From assembly GCF_001194135.2 (NCBI RefSeq), contig NC_068983.1:105633610-105697609 (forward strand): a stretch of DNA of 64,000 bases, given 5' to 3'. Source of the DNA: Octopus bimaculoides (taxonomy: Eukaryota). This document shows positions 52,605-64,000 of the stretch, in pieces (positions within the stretch are counted from its first letter, which is position 1; the number at the start of each line of letters is the position of its first letter). Both the position numbers and the translations under genes were made by a program. Under the pieces are notes generated by a model. That model was not told the DNA's origin. It saw nothing but the letters and a program-made list of their open reading frames with translations, and did no database searches.

Positions 52605-53074
52605 AGGAAAAGGACATCAAAAACCAAGGCAGGACGGGTATCTCAAGTCATTTACAATAATTTAATTAGGGTAAGATAAATATGAAGTCTTACAGCTGTT
52701 TCTGGGATATCCCAAGTGATAGGCTTGCATGTTTGTACACTGGATATTCCATCATCAGAGATAAAGTGAGTATGAATGAAAGTTCTAGACAGGGAAATTC
52801 AGTTTATATGGAATAAAATAGAAAAATAAAGAGTAAAAGTAAATATAAGAATAGACAGGATAATAAAAATTCACAGTCCATCTTTTTTCCAGAGGGTATG
52901 AAAGTTGGTCTGTACTTCCACGAAGGTAATAAGCCCTTATGCTTAACCCCAGGTAAATCCAGGCAGAATTTTCCCAGAAACAACTGTAAAACTTCAAATT
53001 AACCTTACCCTAATTAAATTATTATAAATGACTTGAGATACTTGTCCTTCCTTGGTTTTTGATGTCCTTTTCCT
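52605..53074. mobile_element. Foldback element with ~103-bp arms and a hammerhead
   Basis: Arms 52605-52707 / 52972-53074 imperfect IR; each arm begins at the stem II 3' strand/GAAAC part of the ribozyme. Confidence 0.7.
52688..52761 (-). ncRNA. Minimal type-I hammerhead ribozyme with short stem I
   Basis: Minus strand: TCT CTGATGA TGGAATATCC ... GGATATCCCA GAAAC AGCT GTA | AGA; 9/10 stem II pairs, palindromic ACAGCTGT, GUA site. Confidence 0.7.
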
Positions 53075-53518
53075 TATGTGTGTATGTGACAAAGAATGAA
53101 ATATTGGTTTCAAATTTTGGCACAAGGCCAGCAATTTTGAGGGAGGAGTTAAGTCGATTAAGTCAACCCCAGTGCTCAACTGATACTCATTTTATCAATC
53201 CCGAAAGGGCTGAGAGGTAAAGTTGACCATGACAGAATCTGAACTTTGAATGTGAAGACAGATGAAATGCTGCTGAGCATTTTACTCAGTATACTAATGG
53301 TTCTGTCAGCTCACTGCCCAAACAAAGAATAAAATATTAAAATGTAAATTTGCATGCAAATGTGAATGATTAGACTAATGACGCAATTAGATATCAATTA
53401 TCAGTTTCCCATGTTGGCATAGTTCAAACAGAATTGCAATATAGCAACCTTTTTAGACATCTTGGTTGTACTGTTTCCTGACACACCATAAAGGTTTTGT
53501 TGTGCTTTTTTTTTTTAA

Positions 53519-53738
53519 CCCTTTAGTGTTCAGATTAATTTGTCAAAATTAATCCTTATTTATTCACATTTCAAAAAATTTATCTGATATTATTTTGTAG
53601 CTTCAAGATAGGAAAGATGTAATTGCTTATTTTTAGAATGACATTGCAGGGTAGGTGTGAGAGGCTGATTCTGGCCAGTTTGAGCATAAAATGTGTTGAA
53701 TATTTGGGCCGGATACAGCTGGTTTAAACACTAAAGGG
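53519..53738. mobile_element. TTAA-flanked MITE (piggyBac-like ends)
   Basis: TTAA|CCCTTTAGTGTT ... AACACTAAAGGG|TTAA, perfect 12-bp TIR. Confidence 0.85.
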
Positions 53739-53836
53739 TTAAAGATGCTACTCTTATCAATTAGTATAATTGAATGTGCTTGGTTTATCCTTATGCCCAT
53801 TCTCCACTTTATATAAGTAAAATAGTGTTCATGCTA

Positions 53837-54240
53837 CAAGGTCTGACCAAAAAGAAACCATAAGTTTTAAAAAGCAGATTTTTTTGCTTTATACATTATC
53901 TAACTTGCCCCTTTAAAATAATTCCCTCTACTGTTGACAGATTGCTCCCAACATTTTTTTTTTTTTTGCTTGAATGCCTTAGAAAGTATTTTCAAAAGTA
54001 GGACGCAGTACTTGTTGCAAATTTTCTTCTATCATCTAAAATAGACAAACTGTTTTGGGTGGATTCAACTTTAAGAACAGGAAAAAAAAAATCTGCAGTG
54101 GGTCTAAATCTGGAGAGTAAGGCAGCTGAGAGACAAGAATTATCTGGTGCTTTGTCAAAAAGTCATAGTTAAATAGTGCTGTCATTGTGCCGCATCCAGG
54201 TTTTGTTTATCCACACCTCAAGCCTCTTCCATCACATTTC
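53837..54240 (-). mobile_element. Mariner 3' relic
   Basis: TA-CAAGGTCTGACC TIR-like end; minus-strand PTADFFF resembles the mariner DLAPxDFFLF motif. Confidence 0.5.
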
Positions 54241-55185
54241 CTTTATAATGCCTATTTGTTGTTTGACCATATGGATCAAACTCATTATAATAACAGCCAT
54301 CCAATAAAAAGACAACTCTTGCAATTATCCAAACTGCAAAAGATGCCTTCATGCATCACACAGCTCTTAAGCAATCTGGCCTCCCAAATTGCCACCAGTC
54401 CTCTGTCTCTTGTCAAAGAATCCCTACCATCTTTGCAGAACCTTCTTTTCCTCCATTTCTCAACTACAATGACTCAGTGACCAGCACTTCCACGCGTTAC
54501 CCACTTTGCACCCCACTCCACTCTATATACACTTGGCAAATTCCCTCCAAATCCATACCCTTCCTCCCTACTAGGGTTCCCCACTTTGTATACACATGGA
54601 CCAAATGTAGAAATACCTCCAATCACTTCAAACCAAAAAGGTCATTAGCCCATACAATGTTCCATTATCTTCAAATATCACACCACAAAGTTTGTCCATA
54701 CACAACAAACTCTTTAATTTCTCGCTCTCTATGTTATATTCTTTCTTGTTTTGTTCATATAATTTCCATTCTTTGTTTAATATATTGAAATACTGTGTCA
54801 GTATAATCTATCAACTGGCTTGTGTGGCTCTGCTTCATTTAACTAACACATGAAGTACTTAATGATTGACCATTGGCTAACCTGCTGGGTTCCGTTGGTG
54901 TCCATATATATCTTGATAAAAATGTAACCTTTATCTTCCTCAAAGTGAGCTTATTTTTTATGCGAGTTATTTTTTAAATGATTACCAAAACTACTCTTAA
55001 AACTCATAAAATTTCTCTTTTCTTTCTTTCATTTTTTTTTTCTGTGTCCATGTGTAGTCAGCAATGTCAATTCTTTTTATGGCTGTATTAAATAACCAAT
55101 ATAACTGATAATAACTGGAAAAACACTATTTACAATGGTTATTAATGCATGCATTTAATATACATATATATTTGTTATTTTCCAG

Positions 55186-55308
55186 ACATTGTCTACAGGA
55201 TTTGGTTATCTCAATAATGGGCAAATGAATAATATTCACCTGGAAGGAAATATTAGTCTCATTGAAAAACTTTTTGAGAGACAATATAATTATTCTTCAA
55301 ATGGTCAG
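55186..55308 (+). CDS. Putative internal exon of the unidentified gene (TLSTGFGYLNNGQMNNIHLEGNISLIEKLFERQYNYSSNGQ)
   Basis: Pyrimidine tract TTATTTTCCAG acceptor, CAG|GTAAGA donor, 123 nt open, phase 0-0, compatible with the 41410 exon. Confidence 0.6.
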
Positions 55309-56607
55309 GTAAGAATATATACAAGAATTAAAAAGTATATTGATTTTTTCTTTTTAAAGATATTTTAATGGTATGAATAAGGTGTAAAAACTTATAAACT
55401 CTTCAAATGAAACTCTTTAAATAAACTTTATGAAGTAATTTATCTTCACCATGACTCTTAAAAGTGTTTGTGGACTAGCTTAGTTACAGAGCACAAAAAG
55501 ACTCAACATAAACCATGATGCTGGTCTTTAGACAACACACATACACACACACACACAAACATATGTAACAAACTTGTGCAGTTTCCATCTGTCAAATTCC
55601 TCTCAGAAGCTATTGATCATGTGAGGCTATAACAGACACTTTCTCAGTGTGTTACACACCAAGATTGAACTGGAATCATGTGGCTGCAAAGCAGAATTCT
55701 TAATCATGAAGGTATGCCTGCATTTATGTCAACAAAATGTTATCAATGCATATAATTGCTGCTCACCTTGATTATGTAAGTTACCTAACTGGTAAGAGAT
55801 AATACCAATACCTGTATTTCTGAAGAAATATAGCAAAAATTATTACTTTTCACATACCTTTCAAAATTACTCAATTTCAATATTGGTAAAAGAATTTATC
55901 TCTCTAAATAAAATAATTTCAAATTTTTAGACTAACATTTTCATGTATCTCTGTTTTACATGATATTTTGATTGGTGTACTGTAGTATGTCTTTTTGTAT
56001 TTAATAACATATTCACAAGTTAGGTTTGAACACATAACCCTATTACATACAGTTTAAGAGTGTTCAAATACTATATTAGAAATAAAGCTACTAAGTTCAA
56101 ATCTAATCTAGAATATATTAATACATAGGACAAGGAGCAATTGTTGACAAGTTGAAGGATGTTAAACAAGTATGAAAATATAGAAATTTTAAAGTATTTT
56201 AATGAAAAATTCAGATATAAAATTTTGCCAAATTGTTTATAGAACAATATACAACTGAGGCCAACTGAAAATTTTCCAAATATGTTCATAATTTATATAT
56301 CAGATTCTTTCTGAATTTTTCCCACTGCTACTCAGACTCAGGTGCAAATTCTTAAAGGATGTATTGCCAGGTCATCAGATTATACATTAGTGTCCACTGT
56401 AGAATATTAGATCCACTACATATTATCTCTCTGTTTAGAGAACTTTAATGAAATGCATGTTGTTACATATAATTTCAGTAAAATGCTTCATGAATCTTGG
56501 TATATGGAAATTTGCCTGAATTTCCTCAAATAATTGTTTCAGCCTTGTCCTAATTAATTAGATCAGCAGCTGTTTATTAGTAAATGTATTGCTACATATT
56601 ATAGCAA

Positions 56608-56929
56608 TCATCATCATCATCATCGTCGTTTAACGTCCGCTTTCCATGCTAGCATGGGTTGGACGATTTGACTGAGGACTGGTGAAACCGGATGGCAACA
56701 CCAGGCTCCAATCTAATTTGGCAGAGTTTCTACAGCTGGATGCCCTTCCTAACGCCAACCACTCAGAGAGTGTAGTGGGTGCTTTTACGTGTCACCCGCA
56801 CGAAAATGGCCACGCTCAAAATGGTGTCTTTTATGTGCCACCCGCACAAGCCAGTCCAGGGGCACTGGCAACGATCTCACTCGAAAATCCTACGGGAGCC
56901 AGTCAGGCGGTACTGGCAACGGCCACGCT
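56608..56929 (-). mobile_element. RTE-type 3' UTR copy, truncated by a gap
   Basis: (CAT)n then GTTTAACGTCCGCTTTCCATGCTAGCATGGG..GGATGCCCTTCCTAACGCCAACC; near-identical to the 19.6-kb copy. Confidence 0.75.
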
Positions 56930-57689
56930 NNNNNNNNNNNNNNNNNNNNNNNNNNNNNNNNNNNNNNNNNNNNNNNNNNNNNNNNNNNNNNNNNNNNNNN
57001 NNNNNNNNNNNNNNNNNNNNNNNNNNNNNNNNNNNNNNNNNNNNNNNNNNNNNNNNNNNNNNNNNNNNNNNNNNNNNNNNNNNNNNNNNNNNNNNNNNNN
57101 NNNNNNNNNNNNNNNNNNNNNNNNNNNNNNNNNNNNNNNNNNNNNNNNNNNNNNNNNNNNNNNNNNNNNNNNNNNNNNNNNNNNNNNNNNNNNNNNNNNN
57201 NNNNNNNNNNNNNNNNNNNNNNNNNNNNNNNNNNNNNNNNNNNNNNNNNNNNNNNNNNNNNNNNNNNNNNNNNNNNNNNNNNNNNNNNNNNNNNNNNNNN
57301 NNNNNNNNNNNNNNNNNNNNNNNNNNNNNNNNNNNNNNNNNNNNNNNNNNNNNNNNNNNNNNNNNNNNNNNNNNNNNNNNNNNNNNNNNNNNNNNNNNNN
57401 NNNNNNNNNNNNNNNNNNNNNNNNNNNNNNNNNNNNNNNNNNNNNNNNNNNNNNNNNNNNNNNNNNNNNNNNNNNNNNNNNNNNNNNNNNNNNNNNNNNN
57501 NNNNNNNNNNNNNAAAAAAAAAAAAAAAGCCTTTTACTACTCAATATGTTCCTTTCTCTTCAGAAATAACCTTTTCGCTATTACTTCAAGCTATTACAGT
57601 GTTATATGCCACATCTGTATATTCTGCTTTCTCATTATTTATCAGTTTGTATATATATATATGTGTGTGTGTGTGTTGGTAACAAAGGG

Positions 57690-58413
57690 CCTCTTGCTCT
57701 GAGTGAAAGACAGACTATGATGCCTTTGTGCAAACAGTCATGCTACATGGCAGTGTAATATGGGCTGTGACTGCTGAGGACATATGTAGGCTTGAAAGAA
57801 AGGAAGCTAGTATGCTCCGCTGGATGTGTAATGTCAGTATGCATGCACAACAGTGTCAGTGTCTTGAGAGAAAAGTTGGACATAAAAAGCATCAGATGTG
57901 GCGTGCAAGATAGATGACTGCATTGGTATGGTCATGTGATACATATGAATGAGGAGAGCTGTGTGAAGAAGTGTTGCACTCTAATGGTGGAGGGAACCTG
58001 TGGAAGAGGTAGACCCAGGAAGACATGGGATGAGGTGGTGATGCACAATTTTCAAATGTTGGGCCTCACAGAGGATGACAAGCAACTGAGGCCGAGTGTG
58101 ATTGTAGTCACGGCTGATGCCAGTGTCATATAACTGGCCCATTAAAAGCATCCTTCAATTGTTGGGCGATATGCTGTGCTTGTGAAGACCTGTTGAACCG
58201 AGTGAAATTGTAGTTGTTGCTGGTGTTAATGGCACCCATGCTGGCAGCACATAAAAAGCACCCACTACACTCTTAGAGTGGTTGGCATTAGGAAGGGCAT
58301 CCAGCCGTAGAAACCTTGCCAAATCAGATTGGAACCTGGTGGAACCCCCAGCTTACCAGTTTTCAATGAAACCGTTCAACCCATGCCAGCATGGAAAGCA
58401 GATGTTAAATGAT
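57690..58413 (+). mobile_element. RTE-clade LINE 3' fragment
   Basis: ORF track: MLHGSVIWAVTAED..ASMLRWMCNV and EGTCGRGRPRKTWDEV; same 3' UTR as the 48.4-kb copy. Confidence 0.82.
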
Positions 58414-60117
58414 ATATATATATATATATAGATAGATAGATAGATATAGATATAAATATATATATCTGCTATTAATACAAACCTCCAGTGCATTTTGCAA
58501 TTCAATGTTGACAATTTTATGAAATTTAACAGCATGCATTATCTCCAATGAATATATAGAAAACTTCACAATGTTCTTGTTTAAGTATCTTTAAAAATGT
58601 TGTCTTGAGAAGACCATATTCTAAATTTAGCAAAGCCAATGTCAATGAAATGTTCTTTAGCTATGAATAATAAGTATACTTTTAAAAGAGCTGATTAAGA
58701 ATACCAGTCTTTCCAATCCAAGATTGTCTCATAACTCTATTCATTCTTTACAAATTGAAAAAACAAATCAGTAAAAATGTGTTGTTGTTTTTCTTATAAA
58801 TGTTTTAGTTAAATCATTTCTTGTGTATTAGGAAACTGAAATCATGAAAATAAAAGAAAAAGTTGACTTTTTTTTTACCTAATTCACTGACATGTTTTCC
58901 AAAACATATAAGAATTTGTGTTTGTCTTCAAATGTAATTTATAAGTTTAAAAAAATAGAAAAAAATAAAAATTTTTATATTTATTTTAGATTTTTACATT
59001 AAACTATATCCATTTTGTTACTATCAATCTACAGCCCATGATATTTTTTTAACAAAATACAAAATCCAATGCATTTATCAATTGCTTTCTTTATCTAAAC
59101 TTGATCTCTGTATTTCATGATGCAAAATGTAGCCAGAACTACATGAAAAATTAGAAAAATTTCAATCTATATTATTTAAAATATATTTTTCTAATGCCAA
59201 ATATTTACTTAGACTAGTTTCATGGAATTAAACAAGTGAGATTTAAATTTCCCTTTTATTTGATGTAAGTTTATTGCCGGTAAGATTCCTAGATGATCTG
59301 GTAGCTTTTCTCTACTGCTGAGTAAATAGCTATGTAATATCATCTTGTTCAGATGAAACATCTGCTGTTGATTTGAACTCTTACAACTGATGAGTGGTAA
59401 TGCAATACTTTGCCCACACAATTTCCAAACAGTTATACTTAAGAAGTACAATTTGTTGAAAGGTTAAGGTGCCAACTTTTGCTTTGTTGTTCCTGATTTC
59501 AAAATTCTATCCTAAATATTTCATGATTTTGCTGCCTGCCAACAGACCCAATCCGTCCACCTGACCCACTGACCTGACCTTCCTTCCTTTACTATTAATA
59601 GATAATGCACAGTAAAATTTGTAAAATATTTCTTATAAATTTTTCTTTTAGATTTTAAAAATGAACATAAATATTAAAATATTCTAAATGAGTAATGATA
59701 GCTAAGGAAGGAAAAGAAAATGTTTGGAGGCAAAGCTGTGTGATTAAGTAGTTCACTTTTTCATATGATTCTGGAATTGATTCCACTGCATAGCAACTTG
59801 GGCAAGTTTTTTTCTACCATAGCTTTGGGTGGATCAATACATTTTGAGTGGAATTTGATAGATAGAAACTGCATGGAAGCTTGTTTGTGTATGAGAGACC
59901 AGCAGAAAACAACCTGGAGTTTGGTTTCTGCTAGTGTAATATCATTGACTTGAAGCAAACTTTGATGTTGTCATGTAATCCCAGAAAGGCTATGATGAAA
60001 AGTGTTCTAGTCTTGATAATCTCATCATTTGTATATCACGAACTATAAATAAGACAAAAAAAAACATGAAGTACAATTAAACCTTGGGAGAGGCATTATG
60101 CCGGTAATAAACACACG

Positions 60118-60371
60118 CACTGGTTCAGTCCTTTATTAATTTATATAGTTTTTTGTTAAATTATTTCATTGCACTCTTGCAATCTCTTCAGTAACTTGTC
60201 TCTCCACTTCCATTTATTTTGAATGTATGATCTGGCGTTGTTTCGAAACAACGCCAGATCATACATTCAAAATAAATGGAAGTGGAGAGACAAGTTACTG
60301 AAGAGATTGCAAGAGTGCAATGCAATAATTTAACAAAAAACTATATAAATTAATAAAGGACTGAACCAGTG
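60118..60371. repeat. Loopless 254-bp palindrome centred on TTCGAA, truncated by a gap
   Basis: 127-bp arms with one mismatch (60166 vs 60323). Confidence 0.85.
60155..60195 (-). ncRNA. Degenerate hammerhead-like fold in a palindrome arm
   Basis: Minus strand: GTTA CTGAAGA G ATTGCA agag TGCAAT GAAA TAA TT | TAAC; lacks the C that should pair with G10.1. Confidence 0.35.
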
Positions 60372-61339
60372 NNNNNNNNNNNNNNNNNNNNNNNNNNNNN
60401 NNNNNNNNNNNNNNNNNNNNNNNNNNNNNNNNNNNNNNNNNNNNNNNNNNNNNNNNNNNNNNNNNNNNNNNNNNNNNNNNNNNNNNNNNNNNNNNNNNNN
60501 NNNNNNNNNNNNNNNNNNNNNNNNNNATATATATATATATATATATATACCAGCAATTAACCAGTTCTTGTATAGAAAAATAATTGATGAATTGAACGAA
60601 AATTGTATTGTTGTGGAAGGCTGAAATACCTATGTGAGAAGCATTATTAGAAAGACTAGCAAAAAACTGTCAGGAGGTTGGTTTCTGTCAGTCTAATAAT
60701 ATCATTGGCTTGAAGCAAACTTTGTTATTAAGTAATCCCAGATCAGTTGAAAAGCTCTGATGCAAAGCATTCCAGTCTTGATAATCTTGTCATTTGTATA
60801 TCTGGAACTATATTGTCCTGTATAGCATGATATATTAAAGTTTTGACTGTTTTCAGCAGCTTGAGCAACAAATGAATTGTGTGTATTTGGTATGTCTAAT
60901 TGTAAAAGTGTTGGGTGTTTGGGAGAGTGTTTGCGAAAACTACATCTGTTATTTATGTGGATTTCAGACAAATCTAAATACGTAAAAGAAATGTGTAAAC
61001 TTGTGTAAAAAAATACAACACACCTTTTACGATTTGGAAAGAACTTTTTTTTTCTCTTCTCATTATTTAACATATTTTGTTTGGTAATAATTAGCAAAAT
61101 ATTGTTACATTAATGGCAGTAAATATGCATTAGTAAAATAATGAAGCCATTTACAGAGAGTAGAAATAACTCAGCTGAGAGTGTGAGACAGAAGCTCTAA
61201 AGATCCCGGGTTTATTCCTGGGTTTTTGGTATATTGATATCCTGGTTTGTTCTTGAAACTATTATTGAAATTTCTATAGGTTGAGTTAAGGGAAGCTGAT
61301 AGACGAGTAAGTTTCAGTTACATATACACACACACTAAC

Positions 61340-62455
61340 AAATCAATAATATGAATATGCTAACTTTTTGTTTTTGTACATACCTGTTGTGTGTGTTGCA
61401 CTTCAAAGAAGTGGCAAAGCGAGAGAGAAAGTAAGAGAGAGTGAAAGAGACAGTGAGTGGTGACAGCGTTCATTTTGTGTTTTTAAATGTTTCAGAGGAT
61501 ATAAGAGAGAGAGTGTGTGTGTGTGTGAGAGAGAGAGAGAGAATGAAAGAGACAGTGAGTGGTGATGGCGTTCGTTTTGTATTTTTAAATGTTTATCACA
61601 CTGCAAGAGAAGTAGACACATAGATACATATAAACATTATTAAATCAAAAGCGGGAGGGAAGAGGGACCCAAAGGAAGTGAAAGAAAGAAAGAAAGTGAG
61701 AGAGACAGTAGAAACATAAATCTAAAGAAAAGTTCATACTTAGATACATAGTCACAGCAAATATTGGATGTCAGTTTCACTTTTCATTACCACACGGACA
61801 AAATTAACTCACAAATGGCTGCGTACTCCACAGACATGCATAACATTAATGTAGTTTTCAGGGAGATTCAGCCTCACACAGAATATAACAAGGCTGGCTC
61901 CTTTGAATTATAGCTACAACTCAAGACATATATATATATGAATGTATTTGTGTGTGTGTGTGTGTAGTTTAGGTTAGTTAAAACAGGTTTGCAATAAGTG
62001 TTGCATGGTGGAAATAAACGCAATTACCAAACTTTCATTCATAAATCCATTTATTATTTCGTTCTTTTGCATTTCAATTTGTACACTGAGGTTCTTTGAA
62101 TATGTGTTATGTATTTTAAGGTTAAATAGTAATTCTGTTTACGTTTGTGTAACAGATATTTTGGTTGGATTATATAGTCATTGGTGTTACATTACTTTTT
62201 ATATTCTGTAACTGTCACAATATACTTTTCTAGGCTGATTTTTTGTGGGGAGGGAGTCAGTTGATTAGATCAACCCTAGTACACAATTGATACTTAATTT
62301 ATTGACCCCGAAAGGATGAAAGGTAAAGTCGATCTCAGCAGAATTTGAACTCAGAACGTAGACAGACAGTCATAATATACAAACAGTACACTGTTTACAG
62401 ATGCTTACATTTTTTATGTTTTCCGTGAATTTTTCATGGGTCCAGCTAGTAATCA
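61340..62455 (+). repeat. Composite dispersed repeat, copy 2
   Basis: Direct repeat of 610-1960; the ORFs 673-918 and 61403-61621 translate to similar low-complexity peptides. Confidence 0.8.
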
Positions 62456-63059
62456 TTATTATAAAAAGATGTAAGAGTTTGTTTAGTTAATCAAATAGTT
62501 TCAATCGTTTTGTCTTCCTCGTTGTTGCCTTAAGATATCCTTAACCACCACATATTCATTTATTCAAGTTTATCACAGTCACTTATTTCTCTAATTTTGT
62601 CATAGATTGGCTGACTGAAAACTCTAAGATTTTTCTACAACTTACCATAGGAGATATGTCTCAATTCTCTCATAAAAATCCTAAGTAGCTTACTTGTGCA
62701 ATAGCTAGAGGAAGTAATCTTGACCAACTTAGAGGTATCTCCCCATTATTGCAACACTTCAAAGACAGACCTTAGGAAAGCAGAATGTGCTTTTCTGCAA
62801 CACAAACTTTCAAGCTTTCACAAATTTCTGATGGCTCCCTTTCTATGAAAGTCACTACTTTTTCAGAATCCTACCACATGCACTTCTCAACTAACATTTC
62901 TGTTATTAACACACTTGCAGATGAAACTAGCAAATGTTTTTTTCTGTTTTGTTTCCAATTCAGATGTGCACCATGCCTACACTATCTTTGACTTGATCTA
63001 TTGTACTACTACATTAATGTATTTGACAAGTACATAGACCTCATTGATCAACCCAACCC

Positions 63060-63400
63060 ATCAAAGCCACCAGTTCTGATGGTGTTTCTTCTAGTATCTC
63101 CAAACAGTGCATTCCAGACCTAGCTCCCACTTTCACTAAACTCTTCAATTTCTGATTCACACAATGTCTCATCTTTAAGAAGATAAATCTTTTTGAATAT
63201 CCCTTCCGTAGATCACAAGTAATCGGATTTCTCTGGTATTTACTTCTGGTCTTTTGTCCTTTAGAACTTCAACAAAAGTAATGTTGTTACTTTAAACTGA
63301 GTCAAGCACAAGCACCTCTTTGCTACATTATTTGCAAATGGCCTCATTCCATTTTTCACCTTTTGGAAGTTTCCTGTCAAACCACTTTATTCCAACCTGA
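63060..63400 (+). mobile_element. Decayed LINE reverse-transcriptase fragment (CR1/L2/Jockey-like)
   Basis: KATSSDGVSSSISKQCIPDLAPTFTKLFN resembles the KAxGPDG..L..LFN RT N-terminus. Confidence 0.5.
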
Positions 63401-64000
63401 GTGTACAGGACTCTCTCTGAGCCACTTTCTGTCAACTCTGATATTTTCCTATGTTTTGGTTATATCCTACATTCTTTCTTCTTTATATTGGTTTCAAATT
63501 TTGGCACAAGGACAGCAATTTCAGGGGTTGGGGGTAAGTTAATTACATCGATCCAGTGCTTGACTCCGAAAGGATGTAAGTCAACCTTGGTAGAATTTGA
63601 ATTCAAAATGTAAAGATGGATGAACTGTCACTAAACATTTTACCCAGCATGCCAATGATTCTACCAGCTCGTTGCTTTTTTCCTTCTGTATATTGATGAA
63701 TTTTTTTCTGTTACTTCTCAGTGCAAGAACACACTCCTATGCTTAACATTTTGCACATAGGTGTCATGCAGCAAATTATGTAAGACTTGCATTGATTATA
63801 TAAACAAAGACTTAAGAATCTCTCTCTAACTGGGAGATGATAATCTTGCAACACTACACTTTATATGGTAAACATAATTAAGACTCCCAAATCTGCTTCA
63901 AATGCTAAGCCTCACAATCATAACTGCATCCCAGATACTAAGGCTGTAATTATAGTTATACCAGGTTTCTTTACTTTATCATTGATCTAGCAAACTTATC

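Overview
AT-rich, repeat-dense eukaryotic DNA with eight N-gaps. The SINE, RTE and microsatellite content suggests an octopus genome (inference). 7.7-30.0 kb (+): the last 16 coding exons (606 aa plus stop) of AP-1 complex gamma-1 adaptin (AP1G1), with GT-AG junctions and reading frame continuous through all 16; the 5' exons lie outside the window. 41.4 kb and 55.2 kb (+): two phase-compatible exons of a second, unidentified gene. The rest is tRNA-derived SINEs, RTE LINE 3' ends, Tc1/mariner relics and TTAA-flanked MITEs. Main hunt result: six sequence-unrelated segments (29.3, 39.8, 42.0, 46.7, 52.7 and 60.2 kb) carry minimal type-I hammerhead ribozyme folds (CUGANGA and GAAA boxes, paired stem II, usually a palindromic stem III, NUH site). 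Five of the six sit in foldback inverted repeats resembling Penelope-type pseudo-LTR or retrozyme ends. The 46.7 kb copy is structurally intact, and the 29.3 kb copy is sense within the last AP1G1 intron. Also found: an RBFOX motif cluster and in-frame cryptic exon candidates in the intron before the LVPQ exon of AP1G1.
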